The notes under the pieces are model-generated. The model saw only the letters and a program-made list of their open reading frames with translations, ran no database searches and was not told the DNA's origin. A program made the position numbers and the translations under genes. DNA of 51,717 bases from Fonticula alba ATCC 38817 (taxonomy: Eukaryota; Protista; Nucleariida): NCBI GenBank assembly GCA_000388065.2, contig KB932211.1; one strand, 5' to 3'. Positions within the stretch are counted from its first letter, which is position 1. Each line of letters opens with the position of its first letter. Of the stretch, positions 1 through 12,447 are shown one piece after another.

Positions 1-457
1 CGCGCCGGCCGGCGTACGGGGGTCTCCCCGACCGAGGGCGCGCGCGCGCGCGCCTGCCCCTGGCACGAACTGAAACAGCCGCGCCCCTTTGGCGCATTCA
101 TGCGCCCACGGTCATGCACCATTGCCAACGCACATGACACGTGCGGCGCTCCCGCGTCACGCCCCCACGCCCGGGCGCCCGACTGTGTGGGACCGGGGAG
201 GGACACGGAAAAATGGGCCGGAAAGAAAGAGCCCAGAAAGGAAGGGAGCATGGCGAGCAGGCGGTGCGTGGGCGATGCAAAAGTACAAGGAGGTGTATTG
301 TTTGTTTTTTTTGTGCGGGCCGTCGCGTGCTTCTCCGCGGCTCCTGCGTTCCCCCCCCCCTCGCCCGCTCTTCTCGGAGCAGCGGGACAGAAGAAAGGGA
401 GAGATGGTACCAGGGGGGGGGGGGGAGGCGCTCGCCACGCGCCCCGGCGTGGCGCGC

Positions 458-3400
458 TCAGACCCCGGCCGGCGGCACCCTCCCACCGGCGCCGGCGGCA
501 TCCACGCTCACGCTGGCCAGGCTCTCGGAGATGATGGCCCCCTCGTGGTCGAGGCGGATCTGCTTGAGGTAGACGATGCCGCTCCAGCCGGCCTCGGCCA
601 GCATGGCCGGCACGCTGCGCTCCGGCACCAAGTACACCGGGCGCTTGAGGCTGACCACGCCATTGTCGCGGGAGATCTTCCGATAATTGTTCAACTGCCC
701 GATGCGCCGGGTGTCGAGGGCGACGCGCGCGCGCGACACCCCGGGGAAGCGCTGCGTCAAGCTGGAGTACGACTGGATATTCAGCAGGCGCATGGGCTCC
801 AGCAGGAGGACCCCCTCCAGCGGGGCAGCGTGCGTCGATGGCGGCGGCTCCCGGTGCGGCGGAGGGTGCTGCCCGGGGGGGAGGGGACCGGGGCCGGCGC
901 CGGCGCCTGGGGCCGGGGGGAATGTGAAGCTGTGGACGATGACCGCCGAGCTGCGGAAGAGCTCCGGCGACAGGAGAGCCGGCCCGCCGGCGCCGCCGGC
1001 CTTGGCCGGCGTGCCGGGGTTCGACCCTGCCTGGGGGGTGGTCGTCTCCGAGGAAGAGGGCCCGCCGGCGGTTCCGGGGTCCGGTGTGGCCAGCGATCGG
1101 CCGGTGGCCTGGCGCGCGCGCTTGGCCGGCCTGGGCCCGGGTGGTGTGGCGGACGTCTGCCGCCGGTGCGGCTGGTGGTGTGCCGCCGGCTCCTCTTCGT
1201 GGCCCTCGTGGCGCTGGCGAATGAGGGCCGACCGGCCGGGGGACTGGCACCCGGCGATGGTCGCGACGGCCGGCGAGGGGCCCGCAGCCGGCGAGGGGTC
1301 CGACTCGACGGATCCCGGCCCGAACTGGCACGGCCGGGCCCGGGGAGGCGGCAGCCGCTGCTGGGGGAGTGGCTGGGGCGCAGGCGGCCCCGGCGGCAGG
1401 GAGGCCGACGAGGGCCAGGACCCGGCCCCGGGGCTGACCGAGGGGGGGTGCTGGTGGGCCGAGTGTTCAAGAGGGCCGCCACCGGCGGGCCCGGGCCCGG
1501 GCCACCGGGGGGATGGCGCGGCCGGCGAGGGGCCCGGCGCCATCGGCGAGGGAGTCATCCCAAAGAGCGAGATGGGCGTGTGGGGCATCGGCCGGCTGGA
1601 CTGAGGGTGGTGATATGATGGCGGGGGGAGGTGGTGGCCGGCATGTCCCGGCGCTTGCAAGGGCGATGAGACGGGCGCTCCGATGCCATACGGGCTCGAC
1701 AGGTGCTGATAAGGGCTGGCCGCCGCCTGGAAGGCGGGGAGGGGGGGGGAGGGGGACAGGGAGGGGAAGGGCACAAGCAAATGCGGTTAGCGAGCGGCCG
1801 GCATGAAGGAAGGCGGGCGAGGGGGAGAAGGGCCGAGTATGCCCGCAATCCGGAGAGCAAGTGGCCAAGGAGGGAAGCACGGTCCATGGGCGTGGATGCG
1901 GGTGGCCGTGGGTTTGGACGTACGGTGCCCGGCAGGGAGGTGGCCCCAGGACGGTAGGCAGTCGGAGCATGGAACATAAGGGGAGAGGGCGCCGCGGGGG
2001 AGGAGGAGGAGGAGGAGGAAGAGGAAGAAAAGGAGGAGGAGGAGGAGGAGGAGGAGGACACCGGCGCCGTGGCGGCCGGGGGTCCGGGGCCGCCGTCGAC
2101 CAGTCCGAAGCCGGAGGATATCCCCCCGGGACATGAGCGCGGGCCGGCCATGGCTGGCGGGCCCATGCGCGGGGCGGGCCCGGCATGGACATTGGCCCCG
2201 GGTGCCGGATGGTGCGGACTGGGGAAGGACTCGGACGGGGTCGACAGCGGGGGGGATACCGTCTGCAAGAGAGGCACCGGCGGCGAGGCGGCGGATGCGC
2301 TCGCAGCTATCCCCCGGTGAATGGTATAGTGCGGATACTGCTGGTGCTGGCCATGAGGATAGAGGGGGGGTGTTGCGCTTGCAAGATCGCCGGGCTTTTC
2401 CGCGCGATGGGCCGCCCCCCGGGGGGGATGGTGGTGCCCATGATGCGGCGGCAGCGCGGCGCCCAGGGCCTCATCATGCCAGGCGGGATGGACGCCCGGG
2501 GGGGGCAGGAGCCCGGGCCCCGGCGGCCGGGGCTGGGTGGCCCCCAGCGGAAGGGGCGAGACCTCGGTCGCCACGGGGAGCGCTGCCACCGGCCCCGCCG
2601 TGGCCACCATTGTCGAGGGGGAGTAGCGGCGGGGAGCCATGGAGTCCGGCGACACCGGCGACATGGCCGTCATCAGGAGTCGATGCTCCGAGCTGGCATG
2701 CGGGTGATCGCCCGGGCCCAGGGGGCGTGGCAGGTGGTATGCCGGCATGGCCGGCGCCGGGGCCCGGCCAGCGGGGGCCGACGGCCGGGGGAAGGCCGTC
2801 ATGGTGGCCGCCGGGCCCGGGCAGGATGACCTGTCGCCGAAGGACCGCGGCGAGGGGAGCCCAGTGGGCGGGGCCGGCGCCGGGCCGCCGGCCTTGGGCG
2901 GGTCGCTGTCGGCCCGGCCGCTCGAGGGCCCGGGAGATGGCGAAGAGCCGGAGCGCGAGTGCGAGGAGAGGAGCCCCCCGGGCCAGGCGGCCCCGGCGGC
3001 TGGCGGAACAGCGCCCACGTCATAGGCGAAGGAGGAAACGCCGGCAGTCGCCGCCAGGGCGCCCCCGGCCGGGGCATGGACATGATGCTGTGACGGCAGG
3101 GTCCGCTGGGGGAAGGCTGCCGAGGCGAGACTCGCGGCCGGGCCCGGGCCGGAGGCCGACATCGGGACCGGTGCCGACCCGGCCACGGTCCCCGGCATCG
3201 TGGTGGCGGTGGCCAGGGAGGCCGGCCATTCGCCCGGCCCGGGGGCCGTGGCCACTGCCCGGGGGGGGCCGGCCGCCGGCAAGTAGTCCGGGTGCCGGTG
3301 CGCCAGGGCGTCATGGGCTGCGGCTGGGCGAGGACGGTCGGCTGGCGGCCCGGGCGCCGGGAGTGCGGCGCCCCCGGTCCCGGGCCGGTGCGAGTGGTAT

Positions 3401-4752
3401 ACCACTGGCAGCCGGCTGGCGACCGGGTGGTGGCGGTCATCCGCCTCGGCGTCCTCCGAGTCCGAGGCCGGGGACTGGTCGGACCCGCTGCCGGAGTTGC
3501 CGAAGAAGGAGATCGGGCTGTGCTTGGGCCCGGGCGTGGTGGAGGAGGGGGCCGGCCGGAAGGAAATGGCCGAGTGCGCAGTCCAGTAGTATGTATCTTG
3601 GCCGTGGAAGCCGAGGATCTCGGCCGGTGAGAGGAGGGCCCCGCCGGGCCCCCGGACCGGGCCCGGCTCCCCGGCCGGGGGGTGGTGGCCCCCGCGCTGG
3701 GGGTCCAGGTGCTGGCGCTCGGTGGGCGGGGCCGGCTGATGGCCGGGGGGCTGCGGTCCCCGAGCCGGCACCAGCTCCTCGGGCCCGGGGTGCGAGTACG
3801 GCGCCCGGGGGGCATACTGCTGCGGGGGCTGATGCTGCGGCGGGAAGTGGTGGTACTGCCCGTGCAGGGCATGCTGGGCGTGCTGCACCGCTTGGGCGTG
3901 CTGCACCGCTTGGGCGTGCTGCACCGCTTGGGCGTGCTGCACCGCTTGGGCGTGCTGCACCGCTTGGGCGTGCTGCATCAATTGCGCGTGCTGCATCAAT
4001 TGCGCGTGCTGCTGCGAGGAGGCAAGATGGAGGCTGTCGGCGAAGGCCGATGGGGCCCTCTCCGGCGGAGGGGGAGGGCCCTGCGACGACATGAAACCGC
4101 AGGGAGGAGAGGGAGGAGGGAGGGAGAGAAAGAGAGGGAGGCAGCAACGGCGGCCGGGGGGCGCGAGGAGGCAAACACCAAGTGTGCCGACGCCACGCGA
4201 CTGTGCACAAGAAGACCCCCGTACACACAGAGAGAGAGAGAGAGAGCGCGAGGGAAAGAGACGAAGGGAAGAGAGGGGAGGGGAGAGGGGGACGAGGGGA
4301 GGGGGCCGTCCGGCACCGGGCTCTGGGCGGGAGGAAGGGGGAAGGGGCGGGGACAAAAGGGAGCAGAAGAAAGGGGGGGAAAGGGTCGGGGGGGAGGGGG
4401 GGGGGCCAGAGCAGGCCGGGGGCGGTATGGCAACAACCCGGCTGGCTGGCCGGACACCCCAGAGGCAGGCCGTCAAAAAAACGGGGCGGGATCGCGTGGA
4501 TGTGTGCAAGGGCGCGTGTGTGTGCATGTATGTGTGGGTGGGTGTGCGTGTGTGGGTGTCCCACCGCACCGCTGGCCCTCCTGGGGCCTGCGCACGCGCG
4601 CGGCCGGGACCTTCGGCTGCGGCCCGCGACCACCCCCCCCCCGGCCCGGGGGGGGACGAGATCCCACCGGGGAGATCCTGCGGCCGGCCGGGGTCGCGAA
4701 CGCGGGGTGCCGCGCGGCGGCCGGCCAGATCTCTCCGCATTTCATCGAGCAC
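458..4752 (-). CDS. Pro/Gly/Ser/His-rich low-complexity protein (~1150-1200 aa) with a C-terminal Rsc7/Npl6/Swp82-like (INI1/PHF10-type winged-helix-like) domain; putative chromatin-remodelling subunit
   Basis: Exons (minus) 4752-4570 (tentative; alternative ATG at 4092), 4080-1924 and 1726-458. Intron 1923-1727 has a GTACGT donor, CTAAC branch and TTCCAG acceptor, and phases match. The C-terminal VIVHSFTF...VLLLEPMRLLNIQSYSSLTQRFP...KRPVYLVPERSV resembles the remembered Npl6 pattern RCRTFTI...MLSTEPARCVGFRDSYLFFQKHP...GRAIGVVTARSV. Confidence 0.6.
3872..4014 (-). repeat. Coding 18-bp tandem repeat encoding (QHAQAV/QHAQLM)n, ~7-8 units
   Basis: Plus strand shows GTGCTGCACCGCTTGGGC x5 followed by GTGCTGCATCAATTGCGC x2, in frame within the minus-strand CDS. 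Confidence 0.9.
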
Positions 4753-6034
4753 AGGTGCATGCCGCCACCCGAGGGAGGGCCGTGCCCCGGGGGGGGGGGG
4801 GGGCGGCGCCGATCTGGCGGCGCAAGCGTGCGCTGCCTGGGCTCCCTCCCGGCGGCGGGGAGCCGCCAGCGCCCCCCGAGCCGGACCGGGTTACGGCCTG
4901 GAAGCCGGGGCGCGGAGGGGGGAACTGGCCGGGCCAGGCCCCGGCGGGGCGCGTGCGACACCTCAGGTCTCGGAGCAGTTTCAGTGTATGCGGCGGCCGG
5001 GGGGCGCGCCGGCGCTCCGGGGAGCTCGGCTCGCTGCGGGTGCCACACGCCACGGGGGGGCGGGGGGGAGGGCAGGCGAGGAACGGAGGGCGCCCGGGCC
5101 CCCGCCGCGGCTTAATATCCCGCGCGCGCGCGTCCGCGTCGGCGCAGGCCACGCTGCGGGCCGCCACCGCGCGCAGTGCCCGAGTCGCTGCTGCCGTCGC
5201 CGCCGTCGCCGACACCGGGGGGACAGCCGGACGTCGGAAATATTCGCTCCCGCCCCTCGCCCCACCGTGAGGGCGGGCGCGTCTCGCCCGGCCGGCCCCG
5301 GGGCGTCGCCCCTGCCTGCTCGGCCCTTGGTTCCGTCGTTGGCGGGCTGGCTGCCGGAGGGGGCCAGCCACCGGGGGGCGGGGGGGGGAGGAGGTGCCCG
5401 CCGGCGTTGGGGGCGTAAAGCCACGGAAAAAGGGCACATAATAATGCACACCCCGGTCCGGGCCCACGTTATATGATAACCTGGCCGGCTGGGCGCGCGC
5501 GCGCGGCCCGCCAAAGCGAGGCCACAGGCGGGCCCCCTCCGGCGGCCAGGAACGGGGGGGGGGCCAGGCCAACCAGCCGGGGAGGGAAACACGGACCGGA
5601 AGAAGGCCGTCGCGCCAAAGGCCCGGCGGCCGGGTGTGAACGGGAGCTCGGCCCGGAGGGGAAAAGAAAACAATATTCGCCTTCCTCCCGGGAAAGCCGG
5701 GGGAAGCATCTTGCGCCGAAGCGCCCTGCCCGGCTGCCTTCTCTCTCCCTCTCTCTCTGCCCCCGGGGGCCGGGGGCCCGGCGGGGCTGGCTTCGCCCGG
5801 GCCCCGCCAATCGGCCGGCGCCGGGAATCGGAGCCGGCCGGCTGTTACGCCGCTCGGCCACCGGGCCCGGTTGCGTCGTGAGGCCCTTCTGCCCGGGCGG
5901 CGGAGGGGACGGCGTGTCCGGCCGGCCGGCCCTCGGCCCCGCCCCAACCGGAGCCGATTACCAACTCGTGGCGGCCGGGTCCCGGGCCAGACCACATGGC
6001 GGGGGTGTCCCTTTATCACTGGCGGGCGCCCGGG

Positions 6035-6852
6035 NNNNNNNNNNNNNNNNNNNNNNNNNNNNNNNNNNNNNNNNNNNNNNNNNNNNNNNNNNNNNNNNNN
6101 NNNNNNNNNNNNNNNNNNNNNNNNNNNNNNNNNNNNNNNNNNNNNNNNNNNNNNNNNNNNNNNNNNNNNNNNNNNNNNNNNNNNNNNNNNNNNNNNNNNN
6201 NNNNNNNNNNNNNNNNNNNNNNNNNNNNNNNNNNNNNNNNNNNNNNNNNNNNNNNNNNNNNNNNNNNNNNNNNNNNNNNNNNNNNNNNNNNNNNNNNNNN
6301 NNNNNNNNNNNNNNNNNNNNNNNNNNNNNNNNNNNNNNNNNNNNNNNNNNNNNNNNNNNNNNNNNNNNNNNNNNNNNNNNNNNNNNNNNNNNNNNNNNNN
6401 NNNNNNNNNNNNNNNNNNNNNNNNNNNNNNNNNNNNNNNNNNNNNNNNNNNNNNNNNNNNNNNNNNNNNNNNNNNNNNNNNNNNNNNNNNNNNNNNNNNN
6501 NNNNNNNNNNNNNNNNNNNNNNNNNNNNNNNNNNNNNNNNNNNNNNNNNNNNNNNNNNNNNNNNNNNNNNNNNNNNNNNNNNNNNNNNNNNNNNNNNNNN
6601 NNNNNNNNNNNNNNNNNNNNNNNNNNNNNNNNNNNNNNNNNNNNNNNNNNNNNNNNNNNNNNNNNNNNNNNNNNNNNNNNNNNNNNNNNNNNNNNNNNNN
6701 NNNNNNNNNNNNNNNNNNNNNNNNNNNNNNNNNNNNNNNNNNNNNNNNNNNNNNNNNNNNNNNNNNNNNNNNNNNNNNNNNNNNNNNNNNNNNNNNNNNN
6801 NNNNNNNNNNNNNNNNNNNNNNNNNNNNNNNNNNNNNNNNNNNNNNNNNNNN
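6035..6852. other. Assembly gap (818 N) in the divergent intergenic region
   Basis: Run of N. Confidence 1.
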
Positions 6853-7879
6853 CCCCGGCGGCGCCCGGGGTGCGGCCCTTTCGCCGTCGCCCCCTGGCCC
6901 GGCCGCGGCCCATAAAACGGCCGCGGCCGCCTGGCGACGCCGGCCCAGGAATGCCCCGCGGCCTGGGAGCTGCGGCAACACGGCCGCCTCGCCGGGGCCC
7001 TAGCCGGCGGGGCGCCGCCGCCAGCGAGCTTGCCCCCTCCCCCGCGCCCCTCTTCTGCCAGGCCTCATGTGAAAGCGACGGCCCCGGGAGCGGCCGAATG
7101 TTCTCGCCCGGGCGGAGGCCTCTCGCGGGCTGGTGCGGCGCCCGCGTCCCGATCGCGACGGCCTCTCAAGCCCGAGGCGCGCCGCGCGTGTGCCCTCGCG
7201 ACCCCCCCCCCGGGTGCATGTGTGTGGTCCTGAGATGCGCGTGTCCCCCCGGCGGCCGGAGGCATCCAGTTCGGTGCTCTGCCGAGCACATGACCCAGGG
7301 CAAGGACATTCCCGCGGAGCCATCGTGATCCGATCACACGACCGTCTCCCGGACCGTTTCCCCGCCCGCTCGCGGGTCTCGCCAAATCCGCGCATCCCTG
7401 CGCGTCCTCCCCCCCCCCCCCCCTCTCCGGGGCCCGTTGGCCGGGGCGGGCGGGGATGCGAACGGGCGCGGGCGATCGCCGTCGGGCGCCCCGACAGTTG
7501 GCAGCTAGATCTTGTCCCCGGCGCCGCCCGTCCTCCGATCTGCCGGGGCCCGATGCAAGTCTATTGCGGTTCGCCCCCGGCGCATCTCTCTCTCTCCCTC
7601 TCTCTCCCGTGGGGGGGGGGGGGGTCTGCTTTTGAACAGGTCCGCGCGAGGGCGGAGAAGCTTCTGTGTGACACACGGCGGCCGAGTACCCTGGAAAGGG
7701 GGCCCAACGCCGTGGCACCTCGGGGCGGTTGGGGCAGCCTTCCTCCCCTCCCCCTCCCCCCTTGCTGCCCTTCCCTCTGTTGCCCGCCGTCTGTTGGATC
7801 TATCTTTGTTTGCGGCTCGCGTGCTGTGCTCTCCTCCCCTGTTTTTTCTCCCGCCGCCTGGAGCGCGAAGCCGAGCGAC

Positions 7880-8022
7880 ATGTCGACCATCCAGGATCTG
7901 TGGGGGTCCCTGCCTGCAGGTCACCCCAACTTCCAGTTTGCTGCCTCCTCCTCGGCTTCTTCATCCTCCTCCTACTCGATGGTGCGTGTATGTGTGTATC
8001 TGTCTGTCTGTGTATCTGTGTA

Positions 8023-8059
<37 letters not shown>

Positions 8060-8341
8060 GTATCTGTGTGTCTGTCTGTGTNNNNNNNNNNNNNNNNNNN
8101 NNNNNNNNNNNNNNNNNNNNNNNNNNNNNNNNNNNNNNNNNNNNNNNNNNNNNNNNNNNNNNNNNNNNNNNNNNNNNNNNNNNNNNNNNNNNNNNNNNNN
8201 NNNNNNNNNNNNNNNNNNNNNNNNNNNNNNNNNNNNNNNNNNNNNNNNNNNNNNNNNNNNNNNNNNNNNNNNNNNNNNNNNNNNNNNNNNNNNNNNNNNN
8301 NNNNNNNNNNNNNNNNNNNNNNNNNNNNNNNNNNNNNNNNN

Positions 8342-8392
<51 letters not shown>

Positions 8393-11300
8393 GCGTGTGT
8401 GCATACGTATGGTCCTGCGTACCTGCATCACAGCCCCTGCGCCCCAATGTGCCCGTCCATGTGTCTGCAGCCGTGTATACCCACCTATATTCCACATACA
8501 TGCATATATATATATCTGCAGCCGTGTGTGTATGCCGCTCCGGCGTGCACATGAGCACACGCGGACGCTGTGTCGGTGCAAGCGCCCGCCCCCACCGCCA
8601 GGGACCACTGACTGACGAGACGCTCGCCCCCGGGCACGCGCAGTCCCCCGCTTCGCACGATGAGGGCGACCTCTTTGCCTGGGTGCAGGAGGTCATGCAC
8701 GAAACCGCGGCCGAGCTGGCCTCCGACTCGGATTCCGACTCGGACTCGGACTCGGACTCGGACCCGGCCGAGGATGCGGCCCGGCGAGCGGCCGGCTACC
8801 GGGCCCTGATCACGGACCTGCGGGCCTTCACCGAGGCCCAAAGCCGCCGGCACCAGGCCCAGCGCCGGCGCTTGGGCCGGCGCGGGCTCCGGCCCTTCTG
8901 CCTGGCACGACTTCCCCCCTGGGGCTCGGCCGCCACCGACTCGGCCTACTGCCTCCCGGGGCTGGCGCAGTCGCTGCCGGCGGCCGAGGCCCCTGAGGCG
9001 GCCGGCGCCACGCCGGAGGACCTGCTGGCCGCGGTCCGGCTCCTGCGCAGCGGCGGCGGCGGCGGCGGCGGCAGGTCCCCGGCCAGCCGGGTGGCCGCCG
9101 GGTCGGTGACTCTCCTGCTGGAGATTGCGCTGACCCTGGCCGGCGAGCTGGAGGCCCTGACGCGGCTCGGTGCCCAGACGGCAGCCGAGGCGCTGGCCGC
9201 CATGGACCCGGCCCCCCCCGGGCCCGGGGCGCCGCCCACCCCGGCGGCCGAGGCCGAGCATCGCCCCAGCCTCGAGGCCCTCGGCGAGCTGTACGCCTAC
9301 ACGGCGCGCACCCTCGGCCAGCTGACCCGCGCGGCTGGCCACTGTCTCGGTGCGTGCACGCCGGTGGGCCCCCTCCCCCCTTGCGCCTGGGTGCATGCGT
9401 CTGCGCCCCCTTCTCCGGGAGGAGCCTGTCCCGGTCCCGGTCCTACTCCTGCGCGCGCGCTCGCACACACATGACTGACTCGGCTTCTGTGCGCGCATCC
9501 CTTGCCCCCCCCCCTCTCCCAGCCGCCGTGCGCATGGACGACCCGCTGCCCGACCTGCACATCCCGCTCTTCCTGGTGAACATGGTCGGCGCGTCGGTCT
9601 TCAACTGCCGGGACATGATCGGGCAGATGCACCAGGCGGCGCCGGCGCCGGATGGCCCGGAGCCCGTGCTGCTCGGGGGCGCGCCGGGCCCGACCGGGGT
9701 CGACCCGCGGCGGCTCCTGGGCACGGGCGCGGGCGCGGCCCCGGCCCCGGCGGCGCAGCTCCTCCCGCGCGCCGGGCTGGCCCTGCTGCACGATCTGAAT
9801 GTCCTGTGCGCGCTGTTCTACCTGCAGACGGTCCGCCTGCCGGGCACCTTCCAGGGGGTCAACACCCCCTGGGTGCGGGTCTTTTCCAAGCTGGCCAGCG
9901 CGTGCGTGGCCCTGCGCATCCTCACCTACGAGCTGGTGTACTACTACAGTGCGTTGTTGCCGGTCTTCCGCGGCCCTTCGGCGGGCCCTGCCCGTGTGTG
10001 GCCCTCTCCCCCCTCCCCCTCTGACGCTCTTCGATCTGCTTGCCCTTTTTTCCTTTGCCCATTTTGTTTCCCCTCGGTGTGCGGGGCAGCCTGGCCCGGG
10101 TTCCTGAGCCCCCTGCCGACGCCGGGCCCGGCGGCGCCGGTGGACGGCCGGCCCTGGACGGCCCCCCGGCAGCACGACCCGCGGGTCCTGGCGCGGGCCC
10201 TGGCGCGCGGCGGCCGGGAGCTGGCCTGCCTGCGCGCCCTCCTCCGGAGCATCTGGGCCCCGGGGGCCGAGGCGCCGGCGATGGTGCCGCCCGGGGCCCC
10301 GGCAGCCGGGGCCCCGGCCCTGAGCCTCTTCGGCACGCCGGCCCTGGACAACGACCTGGCGGAGTCCCTCCGGCGGCCGGCCGCCGCCGCCGCCACCGCC
10401 GGGGTCGGGGAGCTGCCGCGGCTGTGCGACGGCCTGCGCGAGGCGCTGGCGGCCGGCGGGGCGGCCCTGAGCCCCGGGACCCCGGGGGCCGAGCGCCTGC
10501 GCCAGCGAGCGCTGCCGCTGCACCGGGCCCTGGGCGCGTGGCTCGGGCTGGAGGGTCCTGGACCGCTGGCCGGCGGGCCGACCGCGGCCCAGGCCCCCGG
10601 CGAGGAGCCCCCGGCCGGCGGGGCCATCCCCAGCAAGGGGCCCCCCTCGCCGGAGCGCGTGACGGCCATCCCCCCGGCGGCCGGGGGTCCTCCCCCCGGT
10701 GGGTCGGGCCCGGGGACCGGGGCCTGGTGGCCGGCCGGGCCGGCCGGGGCCACGCCGGGCTCCTCGCTCGGGGGCAGCCTGCCGGGCAGCGGGACCGGGT
10801 CGCCGGCCGGCGGGAGCCCGGCCTTCGAGGCGCTGCCGCTGGACGTGGCGTCCGGCTGGCCGCGGCCGGAGCCGCTGCTGCTGGACCAGCTGCTGTCCAC
10901 CTCGCTGCATGAGGACCCGGTGCTGCTGGAGTGCTCGCTGGAGGCGTGGCGCCGGCGCATTGCCCTCCTGCAGGCCGAGGGGGAGCCCGGGCCCGGGGGC
11001 GAGGGCCCGGACCCGGCGTCGCCGGTGGCGTCCGTGTCCCCCGGCCGGGGCTCGCACCCGCGCCTCTCCCAGGTGAGCCACTACCAGCGCCTGGTGAAGC
11101 TCTACTGGTCGGCCGCCTCGGCCGCCAACAGTCTCAGCCTGTCCCTGCTGGCCGGCGACCCGGGGGATGGCGGTGACCGGCCGGGAGCGCTGGCGGCGGC
11201 GGCGGCCTCGGCGGCGGCGGCGACTGCCTCCTTCGGCCCGGGCTCCGGGGCATGGGAGTCCCCGGCGGCCGGGCTGGCGCGGGCGCCGGTGGTCCGGTGT

Positions 11301-12098
11301 GTCGGCCCCTCGTGGGCCGGGGCGCGCCTGGCGGCCGGGGGCCAGCACCTTGTCGAGGCCGGCCCGCAGGCGACCCTGCTCTTTGGGGCGGGCGCCGGGC
11401 GGGGCGCTGTGGCGCCGGTGGCCCAGGCGACCGGGGCCCCGGGCCAGCTGTGCCTCTTCTCCATCCCGGTGGTGGCCCCGGGCGGCGGGGGTCGGGCCGT
11501 CGTGTGCACCGGGCCGGCGGTTGCCCGGCGCCTGGTGCCCCCGGGGCCGGATGCGCTGGCCCGCGCCGGCCTGCCTCCTTCACACGGTGCGTTCCGTCCT
11601 CCGCCTCTCTCGCCCCTGGGCGTGGGTCTTGGCGAGTGTGTCCACTGACTGTGAGCGTGTGCTGGTCATTATTTCCTCTTTTTTCTCTTTCGTCTCTTCC
11701 GTCTCTTCATTCTTTCTTCTCCTCTCCTTTCTTCTGTCATTTCCTCCCTTCTTCTGTCATTTCCTCTTCTTTCTTCTGTCATTTCCTCCCTTCTTCTTTC
11801 TTCTCCTCTCCTTTCTTCTTTCTTCTCCTCTCCTTTCTTCTTTCTTCTCCTCTCCTTTCTTCTGTCATTTCCTCTCTTCTTCTTTCTTCTGCCTCTCTTC
11901 TTCTTTCCTCTGCCCCTCTTCTGCCCCTCTTCCCCCCCTCTTCTCCCCCTCTTCCCCCCCTCTTCTCCATGTCCCTACGCCCCGCGTGCAGCCCGCGTCC
12001 CGGGCTTCTGGCAGGGTGTTCTCCTGAGCGTGGCCCTGGCCGCCGTGTGGTTCCTCATCGGGCTGCTGGTGTCGGAGCCGCTGCTGGCGCTCTACTAA
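7880..12098 (+). CDS. Uncharacterised ~959-aa protein with a single C-terminal transmembrane helix (tail-anchored-like)
   Basis: Exons 7880-7981, 8602-9349, 9523-9948, 10090-11586 and 11992-12098. All four donors are GTGCGT, all acceptors are CAG, phases are consistent, and the total is 2880 nt. The last exon encodes RVPGFWQGVLLSVALAAVWFLIGLLVSEPLLALY*. No family recognised; intron 1 contains a gap. Confidence 0.7.
7990..8391 (+). repeat. Intronic (TCTG)n microsatellite interrupted by a gap (8082-8341)
   Basis: TCTG/TGTA units flank both sides of the N-run. Confidence 0.9.
11690..11970 (+). repeat. Intronic CT-rich compound repeat (TTTCTTCTGTCATTTCCTC-like and CTTCTCCTCTC units)
   Basis: Directly visible degenerate tandem units inside intron 11587-11991. 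Confidence 0.8.
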
Positions 12099-12288
12099 AT
12101 GCACCGCGCACGCTCGCCCCCTTCCTGCCGCCCCTGTTTCATCCGCTCCCTTTAAACATGATAGACGCTGCGCTGCATTCCCCCCCCCCGGTCCCCCGGC
12201 CCCCGGGCGCCTTCTTGTGTGGGTGTTTTTTCTCCCCTCCCCCTCGCCGCCCGCCGTCCCCCGGCTCTCGTTGTCGGCAAAAAAATGG

Positions 12289-12360
12289 CTCCCGATCCGG
12301 GAATTGAACCCGGGCCTCCCGCGTGACAGGCGGGGATTCTCACCACTATACTAATCGGGA
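12289..12360 (-). tRNA. tRNA-Asp(GTC)
   Basis: Reverse complement TCCCGATTAGTATAGTGGTGAGAATCCCCGCCTGTCACGCGGGAGGCCCGGGTTCAATTCCCGGATCGGGAG forms a 72-nt cloverleaf with A/B boxes; followed by CCA and a T7 terminator. Confidence 0.97.
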
Positions 12361-12447
12361 TGGCTCTCTGCGGGGGGGGCCTGACCCGGGGCCATTTGTT
12401 GGTCACGCCGCCGGGCCTCTCCAACAACAGCCCAAAAAGGAAAGATG

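Noticed and set aside
4742-7328. ORFs spanning N-runs in the 6035-6852 gap (and similarly 24827-25595)
   Set aside because: Artefacts of translating N as X; no coding signal or splice-compatible exons were recognised.
5400-7700. Possible snRNA, SRP or RNase P/MRP gene in the long intergenic region
   Set aside because: No recognisable conserved motifs (U1/U2/U6 signatures, SRP Alu domain, P4 helix) were found by eye; an Infernal/Rfam scan would be needed.
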